Below are positions 56,992 through 64,000 of a DNA stretch of 64,000 nt, piece after piece. This DNA is from an uncultured Candidatus Binatia bacterium. Lineage in GTDB: Bacteria; Desulfobacterota; Binatia; UBA9968; JAJDTQ01. The position numbers and the translations under genes are program-made. Within the stretch, counting starts at the first letter, position 1, and every line of letters begins with the position of its first letter. The notes beneath the pieces were generated by a model. That model was not told the origin of the DNA, did not search any database, and worked only from the letters and a program-made list of their open reading frames with translations. Location: the NCBI GenBank assembly GCA_958295985.1, contig OY282432.1, positions 3,928,517 through 3,992,516 of the forward strand, read 5' to 3'.

Positions 56992-58767
56992 TTACGCCGG
57001 CAGCACGGCGTCCACGTCCTCGCCCTTTGTCCGCGAGGACCCGCGCGCGGTCTTCAGTTGCGGCGGATCTTCCAGCATCATCTCGTGATGGGCGCCGCCG
57101 GCCGGGATCATCGGATAGCAGTTCTCGAACCGGTCGATGGCGAAGTTCATCAGCGCCGGGCCCTTGTGCCTGAGCCCCTCCTTCAGCACCGCCTCCACGT
57201 CCGCGGGGCCTTCCGAGTGCAGCCCGAGGATCCCGTAGGCCTCCGCGAGCTTGACGAAATCCGGGACGGCGCCCAGGTCGCTGGAAGCGTAACGTCCCTG
57301 GTAGAAGAGGTCCTGCCACTGCCGCACCATGCCGTGGAACTGGTTGTTGAGCAAAATGATCTTGACCGGGAGCTTGTGGATGGCCGCCACCGCCAGCTCC
57401 TGAAGATTCATCTGGAAGCTGCCTTCACTGGTGATGCAAAGCACGGTCTTGTTGGGATACGCCTTCTGCGCGCCAATGGCGGCCGGGAATCCGAAGCCCA
57501 TGGTGCCGAGCCCGCCGGAGGTGAGAAAAGTGCGTTGGGTGGCGCCCTTGAAATACTGCGCCGCCCACATCTGGTGCTGACCCACGTCGGTGACGACGAT
57601 GGCCTTGTGCCGGGTCAACTCGTAGGCCTTCTCGATGACGTACTGCGGTTTGGTCTCCTTCTTGCCTTCCTGCTGGTAGGACAGCGGATGCTCCGAGGCC
57701 CATTCATTCACCTGCTTGAGCCACGGGCGGCGCTGCGCCTTGACGCTGGCGGGGTTGCCGTCCATGGAGCTCAACAAGCCCACCAGCTCCCGCAACACCA
57801 CCTTCACGTCGCCGACGATGGGGATGTGGGCGTGGACGTTCTTCTTGATGGAAGTCGGGTCGATGTCGATATGGATCACCCGGGCCCGTGGTGAGAACTC
57901 GGACAGCTTGCCGGTCACGCGGTCGTCGAAACGGGCGCCCACGGCGATGAGCAGGTCGGCCTGGTGCATGGCCATGTTGGCGCAGTACGTGCCGTGCATG
58001 CCCAGCATGCCCATGGACAGCGGATGGTTCCCGGGAAAGGAGCCGAGGCCCATCACCGTCATGGTCAAGGGGATCTGCGTCAGGTCCGCGAACTCACGCA
58101 CCTCGTTGGCCGCGCCGGAAAAGACCGCGCCGCCGCCCACGTAGATGACCGGCTTCTTCGCCTTCAGGATCTCGCCGGCGGCCTGCTTGATCTGGTAGCG
58201 GTTGCCGGACACCGTCGGGCGGTATCCCCGCAGGTTGACCTTGTCGGGATAGCGGAACTCCGCGGATTCGGTGCTCACGTCCTTGGGGATATCCACCAGC
58301 ACCGGACCCGGGCGGCCCGTGTTGGCGATGTAGAAGGCCTCCTTGATGGTGGCGGCGAGGTCGGCAACGTCCTTCACCAAGACGTTGTGCTTGGTGCAGG
58401 GACGGCTGATCCCGATGTTGTCCGCTTCCTGGAACGCGTCGTTGCCGATGAGGTTGGTGGGGACCTGTCCGGTGAACGCCACCAGCGGCACGGAGTCCAT
58501 CATGGCGTCCGCCAGGCCCGTTACGATGTTGGTCATCCCCGGACCCGAGGTCACCAGGGCGACGCCGGCCTTGCCCGTGGCCTTGCCATAGCCCTCGGCC
58601 ATGTGCACCGCGCCTTGCTCGTGCCGGGTCAGGATAACCTCGACGTCTTTCTGTTGGTGCAGGACGTCGAACAGCTTGAGGACCACTCCGCCGGGAATTC
58701 CGAAAACGGTCTTCACTCCCTCGCGCTTGAGCGACTCCACAAATATTTCCGACCCGGTCAACTTCAT
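56992..58767 (-). CDS. ilvB: Acetolactate synthase large (catalytic) subunit
   Basis: ORF 591 aa, a ThDP enzyme (...GIPGGVVLKLFD...GPGMTNIVTGLADA...GGLGTMGFGFPAAIGA...). Confidence 0.95.
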   Translation of the reverse strand: MKLTGSEIFVESLKREGVKTVFGIPGGVVLKLFDVLHQQKDVEVILTRHEQGAVHMAEGYGKATGKAGVALVTSGPGMTNIVTGLADAMMDSVPLVAFTGQVPTNLIGNDAFQEADNIGISRPCTKHNVLVKDVADLAATIKEAFYIANTGRPGPVLVDIPKDVSTESAEFRYPDKVNLRGYRPTVSGNRYQIKQAAGEILKAKKPVIYVGGGAVFSGAANEVREFADLTQIPLTMTVMGLGSFPGNHPLSMGMLGMHGTYCANMAMHQADLLIAVGARFDDRVTGKLSEFSPRARVIHIDIDPTSIKKNVHAHIPIVGDVKVVLRELVGLLSSMDGNPASVKAQRRPWLKQVNEWASEHPLSYQQEGKKETKPQYVIEKAYELTRHKAIVVTDVGQHQMWAAQYFKGATQRTFLTSGGLGTMGFGFPAAIGAQKAYPNKTVLCITSEGSFQMNLQELAVAAIHKLPVKIILLNNQFHGMVRQWQDLFYQGRYASSDLGAVPDFVKLAEAYGILGLHSEGPADVEAVLKEGLRHKGPALMNFAIDRFENCYPMIPAGGAHHEMMLEDPPQLKTARGSSRTKGEDVDAVLPA

Positions 58768-58777
58768 CGTTATCTCC

Positions 58778-59005
58778 CTAACTCGCGGACTTGTACTTGC
58801 CGAGGATCTCCATGATCTTGTCCTTGCCTACGAGCTTGAGCTTCTGGATGCGCTTCTTCTCCATCTCCTCTTCCGGAGACAGGTAGCCCTTGTCGTGCAG
58901 GTCCACCAAACGCTTCTCGTACGCCAAGTGTTCTTCATAGTATTTGCGCAGTTCCGGGTCCTTATCCAAGACAGAGGCAATCATCTGCTCCTCTCTCTCC
59001 TCCAT
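58778..59005 (-). CDS. DUF465 (YdcH-like) small coiled-coil protein
   Basis: ORF 75 aa reading ...DPELRKYYEEHLAYEKRLVDLHDKGYLSPEEEMEKKRIQKLKLVGKDKI.... It lies 10 nt upstream of ilvB. Confidence 0.7.
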   Translation of the reverse strand: MEEREEQMIASVLDKDPELRKYYEEHLAYEKRLVDLHDKGYLSPEEEMEKKRIQKLKLVGKDKIMEILGKYKSAS

Positions 59006-59044
59006 TGGACGACCTCCTGATCGATGATTTGGGGCAAGCCGTCA

Positions 59045-59073
59045 AATCTATCCAACGGCCGCGTTTTTGTCAA
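59045..59073 (-). promoter_or_regulatory. Sigma70-like promoter TTGACA-N17-TAGATT upstream of DUF465-ilvBNC
   Basis: The minus strand reads caTTGACAaaaacgcggccgttggaTAGATTtgac. The -35 lies at 59073..59068 and the -10 at 59050..59045, ~40 nt upstream of ATG 59005. Confidence 0.45.
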
Positions 59074-59145
59074 TGAGCGGACGCCGGCCGAGCCGCTCCC
59101 GGCCCTGGCGCCCTGTCTTGAAAATTCCTGCGTAATTTCAGAAAC

Positions 59146-59898
59146 CTACTTGTGAGACGGGGCACGAACCACGGCATCCGGCGGGCGTATGTAATGGGGG
59201 GTCAAGGACCCGGCCATGGTAACCGGCGCGGTGCGGAACCTCTCTTCAGCGAGGCCGGCAACAGCGAAGGCGGTGGACGGGAAACCAGCACCGGCGGTGA
59301 CTTGGCCGCGGCCCCCGGTGCACTGGGCGATGACCTCCGCATAAGCCTGCGCGCCGGTTCCGACGAAGACGCACGGGCCCGTCGCCATGGAATCCACTTG
59401 CCGGGCCAGGGATTCCGGCGCCGCCAGGGTATCCTCGACAAGGCACTCGAACGCGGTGGCGGAGCGGCGGTAGAGCGCGCCATAGACCTCGCCTTTTCGG
59501 GCGTCGATCATGGGGCAGATGAAAGTCGTGCCGTCTCCCATGGGCACCCGGTAAGCGGCGGCTTCCAGCGTGCGCACCCCCACGACCGGCGTATCCGAAC
59601 CGTAGACCAGACCCTTGGCGGTGCTGATGCCGATCCTCAAACCGGTGAAGGAACCGGGTCCCACCGCGACCCCTAGGAGCGACAGGCCCGAAAAGTCCGT
59701 CTCCGCGCGCCGGAGCACCTCGTCGATGACGGGGATCAGGCCCTCCGCATGGTTGGACCGGCCTGGCCGGCGGTCCCTGGACCGGGTCGATTCCCGAGCG
59801 CATTCGGCCACGAGTTTGCCGCAGTCCAGAACCGCGGCGCTCAGCAAGGCCGTCGACGTGTCGATGCCCAGTACCTTCGTGCCCGTGTTCGTCATCAA
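59146..59898 (-). CDS. tsaB: tRNA t6A biosynthesis protein TsaB (YeaZ)
   Basis: ORF 250 aa reading ...KVLGIDTSTALLSAAVL...LLGVAVGPGSFTGLRIGISTAKGL.... There is an ATGA overlap with the rseP stop. Confidence 0.85.
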   Translation of the reverse strand: MMTNTGTKVLGIDTSTALLSAAVLDCGKLVAECARESTRSRDRRPGRSNHAEGLIPVIDEVLRRAETDFSGLSLLGVAVGPGSFTGLRIGISTAKGLVYGSDTPVVGVRTLEAAAYRVPMGDGTTFICPMIDARKGEVYGALYRRSATAFECLVEDTLAAPESLARQVDSMATGPCVFVGTGAQAYAEVIAQCTGGRGQVTAGAGFPSTAFAVAGLAEERFRTAPVTMAGSLTPHYIRPPDAVVRAPSHK

Positions 59899-60953
59899 CT
59901 CCCGAAAATCCGCGCCAGATCGTTGTAAAACGCGTAGACCATGACGAAGAGCAGCAACACCAGGCCCACCTGCTGGGCCCGCTCCCGCTGCCGGGCTTCG
60001 AGGGGTCTTCCGCGCACGGCTTCGATCACGAAGAACAGCAGGTGTCCGCCGTCCAGCATCGGGATGGGGAGCAGGTTCAAGACGCCGAGGTTGATGCTCA
60101 GGAGCGCCACCAGGAACAGATAGTCCGCAACCCCCCTCTGGGCCTGTTGCCCGGCCAACTGGGCGATCATCAGCGGGCCGCCGAGATTCGTCGAATCGAC
60201 GCGCCCAACCACCATCTTGGCCAGCACCTCCAGCGTCAGCGCCGAAATCTCCACGGTTCGGGAAACCGCCAGCCAGCCCGCCGTCAGAGGATTTCCCCTT
60301 TCCACCTCGACGGTCCCGGCGCTTTGAATCCCGATCAACCAGGTTTCCTCGGGTTCGCCCAGAAGATTCCGCGTCTGTCCCTTTGCGGGACTCAGCGTGA
60401 TCGTGAATTCCCTGTCGCCGCGGACCACGCCCAGGTCCATCGGGCGGCCCTGGCTCGCCCTGACCTCTCCGGACAGTTGATCCCAGGAACGGATGGGGCG
60501 TTCGGCCACCATGACCACCCGGTCGCCGGCCGCAAGTCCCGCGCCGGCCGCGGGCGAACCGGGCTGCACGCCGCCGATCTCAGCGGTGCGGTAGGGCACG
60601 CCGAAGAACGTGAAGACGCAAAGGAACACCACCATGGCCAACAGGAAATTCGCCGCCGGCCCGGCCGCCACGATGGCGGTGCGGCTGGCCAGGCTCCGGT
60701 GCGCGAAGGACCGGTCCCGGTCCGCGGAGCCCACCTCCTCACGGGGATCTTCGCCCACCATCTTGACGTACCCTCCCAGGGGGAAGGCACTCACGCAGTA
60801 TTCGGTTTCGCCGTAGCGGCGGATCAGTACCTTCGGACCGAAGCCGATGGAAAAGGTCAGTACGCCCACGCCCGCCTTCTTGGCCACGAGGAAGTGGCCG
60901 AGTTCGTGGAGAAACACCAGCACGCCAAACGCCACGATGGCAGCGACAATCAT
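59895..60953 (-). CDS. rseP: RIP zinc metalloprotease RseP (site-2 protease)
   Basis: ORF 59895..61022. The Met at 60953 gives MIVAAIVAFGVLVFLHELGHFLVAKKAG (HExxH). It has a PDZ-like middle and a C-terminal ...NLLPIPMLDGGHL.... Confidence 0.85.
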   Translation of the reverse strand: MIVAAIVAFGVLVFLHELGHFLVAKKAGVGVLTFSIGFGPKVLIRRYGETEYCVSAFPLGGYVKMVGEDPREEVGSADRDRSFAHRSLASRTAIVAAGPAANFLLAMVVFLCVFTFFGVPYRTAEIGGVQPGSPAAGAGLAAGDRVVMVAERPIRSWDQLSGEVRASQGRPMDLGVVRGDREFTITLSPAKGQTRNLLGEPEETWLIGIQSAGTVEVERGNPLTAGWLAVSRTVEISALTLEVLAKMVVGRVDSTNLGGPLMIAQLAGQQAQRGVADYLFLVALLSINLGVLNLLPIPMLDGGHLLFFVIEAVRGRPLEARQRERAQQVGLVLLLFVMVYAFYNDLARIFGS

Positions 60954-60967
60954 GTAGGCGACGTCGA

Positions 60968-62134
60968 TCAACTTGCCGGTCCGGTGTGCTGCACGAGCTC
61001 TCGGGCGAAGGCCCGGGCCCATTGATCGGCCTTGAGGATCTGCGAGAGGGTCCTCGGCCTGATGGATTTGTGGGACTCGATGGTCTTCCGGCTGATCTCA
61101 TGGATCCGGCGAAAACCGATGCGCCCGTCCAGGAAGGCGGCCACCGCCACCTCATTGGCGGCGTTCAGAACCGCGGGAACGGTGCCGCCCTGGGCCAGGG
61201 CCCCGTAGGCGATGTCCAACGCCGGGTAACGCCGGCCCTCCAACTTCATGAAGGTGAACTCACCCTGCTTCTGCAAGTTCAACGGCGCCAGTCCGGTATC
61301 GAGCCGTTCGGGATAGGAGAGCGCGTAAGCGATGGGGATGCGCATGTCGGGAATGCCGAGTTGCGCCATGACCGCGCCGTCACGGTAGCGCACCATGGAG
61401 TGGACGATGCTCTGGGGGTGGATCATCACCTCCACTCGCTCGCCGGGCACGCCGAACAACCAGCGGGCCTCGATCACCTCCAGCCCCTTGTTCATCATGG
61501 TGGCCGAGTCAATGGTGATCTTGGGCCCCATCTTCCAGGTGGGATGTTGCAGCGCCTGTTCAATGGTCACACGTCGAAGCTCCCGAAGCGGCGTGCGCAG
61601 GAACGGTCCTCCGGACGCGGTCAGGATGATCTTGTCGACGTCCTGACGCCGGTTCCCCTCGAGGCATTGGAACACCGCGCTGTGCTCGCTGTCCACCGGC
61701 AGGAGTTGCACCCCCCGCTTCCCGGCCTCCCGCACCAGGAGCTCGCCGGACATGACCAGGGCTTCCTTGTTGGCGAGTCCCACGTCCTTGCCGGCCTGCA
61801 CCGCGGCGAAGGTCGGCACGAGCCCCGCCCCGCCCACGATGGCCGCCAGCACGAAGTCCGCCGTGGGCTCCGTGGCCGCGGCCACCGCGCCCTCCTCGCC
61901 GTAGACGATCTCGACCCTGCGCCGGCCGATGAGCTTGCGCAGGGCATCGACATCGGCCCGGTCCCTGACGCTGACGATACGCGGGGCGAACTCGGCGACT
62001 TGGCGTGCCAACAGTTCCAGGTTGCGCCCGGCCACCAGCCCGCCGACCTTGAACCGTTGCTCGAAGGTCCGGATGACGTGGAGGGCATTGACGCCGATGG
62101 TTCCGGTGGAGCCCAGGATGACGATGGATTTCAT
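60968..62134 (-). CDS. dxr: 1-deoxy-D-xylulose 5-phosphate reductoisomerase
   Basis: ORF 388 aa reading MKSIVILGSTGTIGVNAL...LPVDSEHSAVFQCL... Confidence 0.95.
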   Translation of the reverse strand: MKSIVILGSTGTIGVNALHVIRTFEQRFKVGGLVAGRNLELLARQVAEFAPRIVSVRDRADVDALRKLIGRRRVEIVYGEEGAVAAATEPTADFVLAAIVGGAGLVPTFAAVQAGKDVGLANKEALVMSGELLVREAGKRGVQLLPVDSEHSAVFQCLEGNRRQDVDKIILTASGGPFLRTPLRELRRVTIEQALQHPTWKMGPKITIDSATMMNKGLEVIEARWLFGVPGERVEVMIHPQSIVHSMVRYRDGAVMAQLGIPDMRIPIAYALSYPERLDTGLAPLNLQKQGEFTFMKLEGRRYPALDIAYGALAQGGTVPAVLNAANEVAVAAFLDGRIGFRRIHEISRKTIESHKSIRPRTLSQILKADQWARAFARELVQHTGPAS

Positions 62135-62907
62135 GGTTGAAGGAACCGCAGGCAGTAGGTGCTGAGCACTCCCGGAAAGATCAGGCTGTCAAGCCGGTCC
62201 ATCAAGCCGCCGTGGCCGGGGAGGATCGCACCCGAGTCCTTGACCGCGAAGCCCCGCTTGAGCAACGATTCGAACAGGTCGCCCAACTGAGCGGTCAGGA
62301 CGATGGCCAGGGAAAACCACAACACTTGACCGGACGGCAAGGTCAGAAGCCACCATCCTGACAGCCATCCGGCCGCTACGCCTGCCGCGGTGGCGGCCAC
62401 GGACCCTTCCACGGTCTTCCCCGGGCTGACTGCAGGATACAACTTTCTTCGGCCCAGGGCCACACCGGCAAAGTAGCCGGCGCTGTCGGCCGAGAAGACG
62501 ACGGTCAGCACCCACAGCACCCACGGGTACCCGCTACGATAGAGGACGGCGAAATGCGGGAACAGGTAGCCCAGGTACAAGGCCCCGACCAGCGCCAGAC
62601 CGAGGTGGCGATAACGTTCCTCCACCGCGCCGCCGGCGAAGATGAACACCGTGAACAGGCCTGCCACGACGACCGGGAACAGGCCCGAAAGCCCGGGCGC
62701 CACGAGGGTCAGGGAAAGCAACATGCCGGTCGCGACCCCCGTGAGGCGCACCCATCCATGGTCCGGAAAGGCCATGCGGAAGTATTCGTGGAGGGCGACG
62801 AGGGTGAGGACCTCGATGAACGACGAGAACAGCCAGACGCTGTCCAGGACGATGATCCCGATGACGACGGGACCCCCGGCCAGGGCGGTCAGTAACCGGG
62901 TGCGCAT
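62131..62907 (-). CDS. cdsA: Phosphatidate cytidylyltransferase
   Basis: ORF 258 aa, multi-TM, with the C-terminal motif ...KRGFAVKDSGAILPGHGGLMDRLDSLIF. Confidence 0.85.
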   Translation of the reverse strand: MRTRLLTALAGGPVVIGIIVLDSVWLFSSFIEVLTLVALHEYFRMAFPDHGWVRLTGVATGMLLSLTLVAPGLSGLFPVVVAGLFTVFIFAGGAVEERYRHLGLALVGALYLGYLFPHFAVLYRSGYPWVLWVLTVVFSADSAGYFAGVALGRRKLYPAVSPGKTVEGSVAATAAGVAAGWLSGWWLLTLPSGQVLWFSLAIVLTAQLGDLFESLLKRGFAVKDSGAILPGHGGLMDRLDSLIFPGVLSTYCLRFLQP

Positions 62908-62951
62908 CTAGTGTCCTGTCTCTGACACTAGTGTACAGGACACCACACTAG
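62908..62951 (-). other. Nested palindromes filling the uppS-cdsA intergenic spacer (possible RNA hairpin)
   Basis: The plus strand reads CTAGTGTCCTGTctctgACACTAGTGTACAGGACACcACACTAG. GTGTCCTGT (62911-19) pairs with ACAGGACAC (62935-43). CTAGTGT/ACACTAG each occur twice. The stretch is locally AT-richer. Confidence 0.5.
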
Positions 62952-63697
62952 CCTAAACCCTGCAGGAGCTGCTCGTCCGTCTTGCCGAATCGACGCTTCC
63001 GTCGTTGAAATTCCAGCAGCGCTTGAATGTATTCCTGCCCGCAGAAATCAGGCCAGAATTTCGGCGTGATGTACAATTCCGTATAGGGTATCTGCCACAG
63101 AAAGAAGTTGCTGATCCGCATTTCCCCGCCCGTCCGGATCAATAGATCCGGATCGGGGATGGAGCCGGTTTCCGTGTTGGCGGCGATCATGGACTCGTCG
63201 ATCTCTCCGGGCTCGCATTGCCCTGTCTTGACTTTCCAGGCGATCTCCCGAACCGTCTGGACGATGTCGCTGCGGCCGCTGTAACTGAGGGCCAGGATGA
63301 CCGTTATGCCGGTATTGTGGCGCGTGAGGTATATATTGTGATCCAGGACGCGGCGGACGGAGGCGGGCAGCCGTGTCCGGTCGCCGATGGCCATGAGACG
63401 GACGCCTTCGCACATCATGCGGTCCAGTTCGCGCTGCAGGAACTTCTCCAGGAGTCCCATCAGTCCCGCGATCTCGTCGTGAGGCCGGTTCCAGTTCTCG
63501 GATGAGAAAGCGTACAGCGAAAGATAACGAATACCGAGGTCGCGGCTGATCTCGACCGTGGTCTTGACCGAGTTCGTTCCCTCGCGGTGACCTTCGAGGC
63601 GGGTCTTGCCCCGAAGCTGAGCCCAACGTCCATTGCCGTCCATGATGATCGCGACATGGGTGGGCAATCGATTCTTTTCCAACCCGTAGAGTTCCAT
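62948..63697 (-). CDS. uppS: Isoprenyl transferase (undecaprenyl-diphosphate synthase)
   Basis: ORF 249 aa reading ...HVAIIMDGNGRWA...LSLYAFSSENWNRP...IRTGGEMRISNFFLWQ.... Confidence 0.9.
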   Translation of the reverse strand: MELYGLEKNRLPTHVAIIMDGNGRWAQLRGKTRLEGHREGTNSVKTTVEISRDLGIRYLSLYAFSSENWNRPHDEIAGLMGLLEKFLQRELDRMMCEGVRLMAIGDRTRLPASVRRVLDHNIYLTRHNTGITVILALSYSGRSDIVQTVREIAWKVKTGQCEPGEIDESMIAANTETGSIPDPDLLIRTGGEMRISNFFLWQIPYTELYITPKFWPDFCGQEYIQALLEFQRRKRRFGKTDEQLLQGLG

Positions 63698-63766
63698 TCC
63701 AGAAAGATCGAAAGGCAGGCGTTGCCGAAGGACGCGACATCGGTGTCCCGTGCGGTCCGCGGGCGG

Positions 63767-64000
63767 CTAGACCTCCATGATCTCCTCTTCCTTGGCCTTG
63801 AGAAACCCGTCCACCTTGCCGACGAACTCGGCGGTGACCTTCTGGATGCGCTCCTGCCCCTGCTTCACCTCGTCCTCGGTGATCTCCTTCTCCTTCTGCA
63901 TCTCCTTCAACTCGTCGATGGCGGCGCGCCGGTGGTTCCGCACCGAGACACGAAAATCTTCCGCGGTCTTGCGTACCTGCTTCACCAGGTCCTTGCGCCG
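63767..64000 (-). CDS. frr: Ribosome recycling factor, 3' part (the 5' end is beyond the right edge)
   Basis: The frame is open to the window edge: ...[56 protein letters not shown].... This is the typical Frr C-terminus in the frr-uppS-cdsA-dxr-rseP context. Confidence 0.85.
   Translation of the reverse strand, partial: RRKDLVKQVRKTAEDFRVSVRNHRRAAIDELKEMQKEKEITEDEVKQGQERIQKVTAEFVGKVDGFLKAKEEEIMEV

Noticed and set aside
59074-59145. Hairpin GGCCGAG-N5-CCCGGCC after tsaB as a terminator
   Set aside because: The stem has a mismatch and there is no U-tract. The evidence is not convincing enough.

Overview
This is a 64-kb, high-G+C bacterial chromosomal segment that is almost entirely coding. 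Most flanking 60-nt lines I hand-counted are 62-77 % G+C. I recognised no rRNA, tRNA, CRISPR array, integrase or transposase. The G+C content fills the ORF track with long Arg/Gly/Pro-rich shadow ORFs. I therefore called 58 CDS and 1 pseudogene from family motifs read by eye, start-site context and operon junctions; no database search was possible.

Layout:
(i) 1-9.0 kb, minus strand: ccsA-like, mltD-like, amidohydrolase, cupin, DUF4340, an ABC-2/GldG permease fusion and an ABC ATPase.
(ii) 9.1-15.8 kb, plus strand: a phd/vapC TA pair, then the SOS mutagenesis cassette lexA-imuA-imuB-dnaE2, with a perfect 16-bp palindrome abutting lexA.
(iii) 16-41.3 kb: an accessory catabolic region. It holds an MNT nucleotidyltransferase coupled to a SixA-like phosphatase, a nitrilase-family hydrolase, an enolase-superfamily enzyme, an amidohydrolase, a 2-hydroxyacid dehydrogenase, a crotonase, a tandem-fused family III CoA-transferase and ABC importer parts without an ATPase. 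It also holds a citryl-CoA-lyase-like protein, a HyuA/HyuB pair with an AcxC-like zinc-ribbon domain fused to HyuB, a relE TA pair, an SDR, a UbiD decarboxylase and a TctC x2/TctB/TctA transporter.
(iv) 41.3-46.0 kb: a visibly lower-G+C (about 50-55 %) five-gene minus-strand cluster. It comprises a start-less higB, higA, a protein with a textbook C2H2 zinc finger, a coiled-coil protein and an orphan, lid-less Hsp70-like ATPase. This is my best candidate for an undescribed (defence/stress-type) system.
(v) 46-64 kb: core genes, namely an LLM oxidoreductase, leuCD, truA, asd, leuB, leuA, pssA, psd, ilvC/N/B, DUF465, tsaB, rseP, dxr, cdsA, uppS and frr.

The ilvBNC-psd-pssA-leuA-leuB-asd synteny is what I remember from Deltaproteobacteria-like lineages, which is a weak inference. 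Also notable is a ~43-nt interspersed repeat that supplies the last codons and the stop codon of two unrelated genes.
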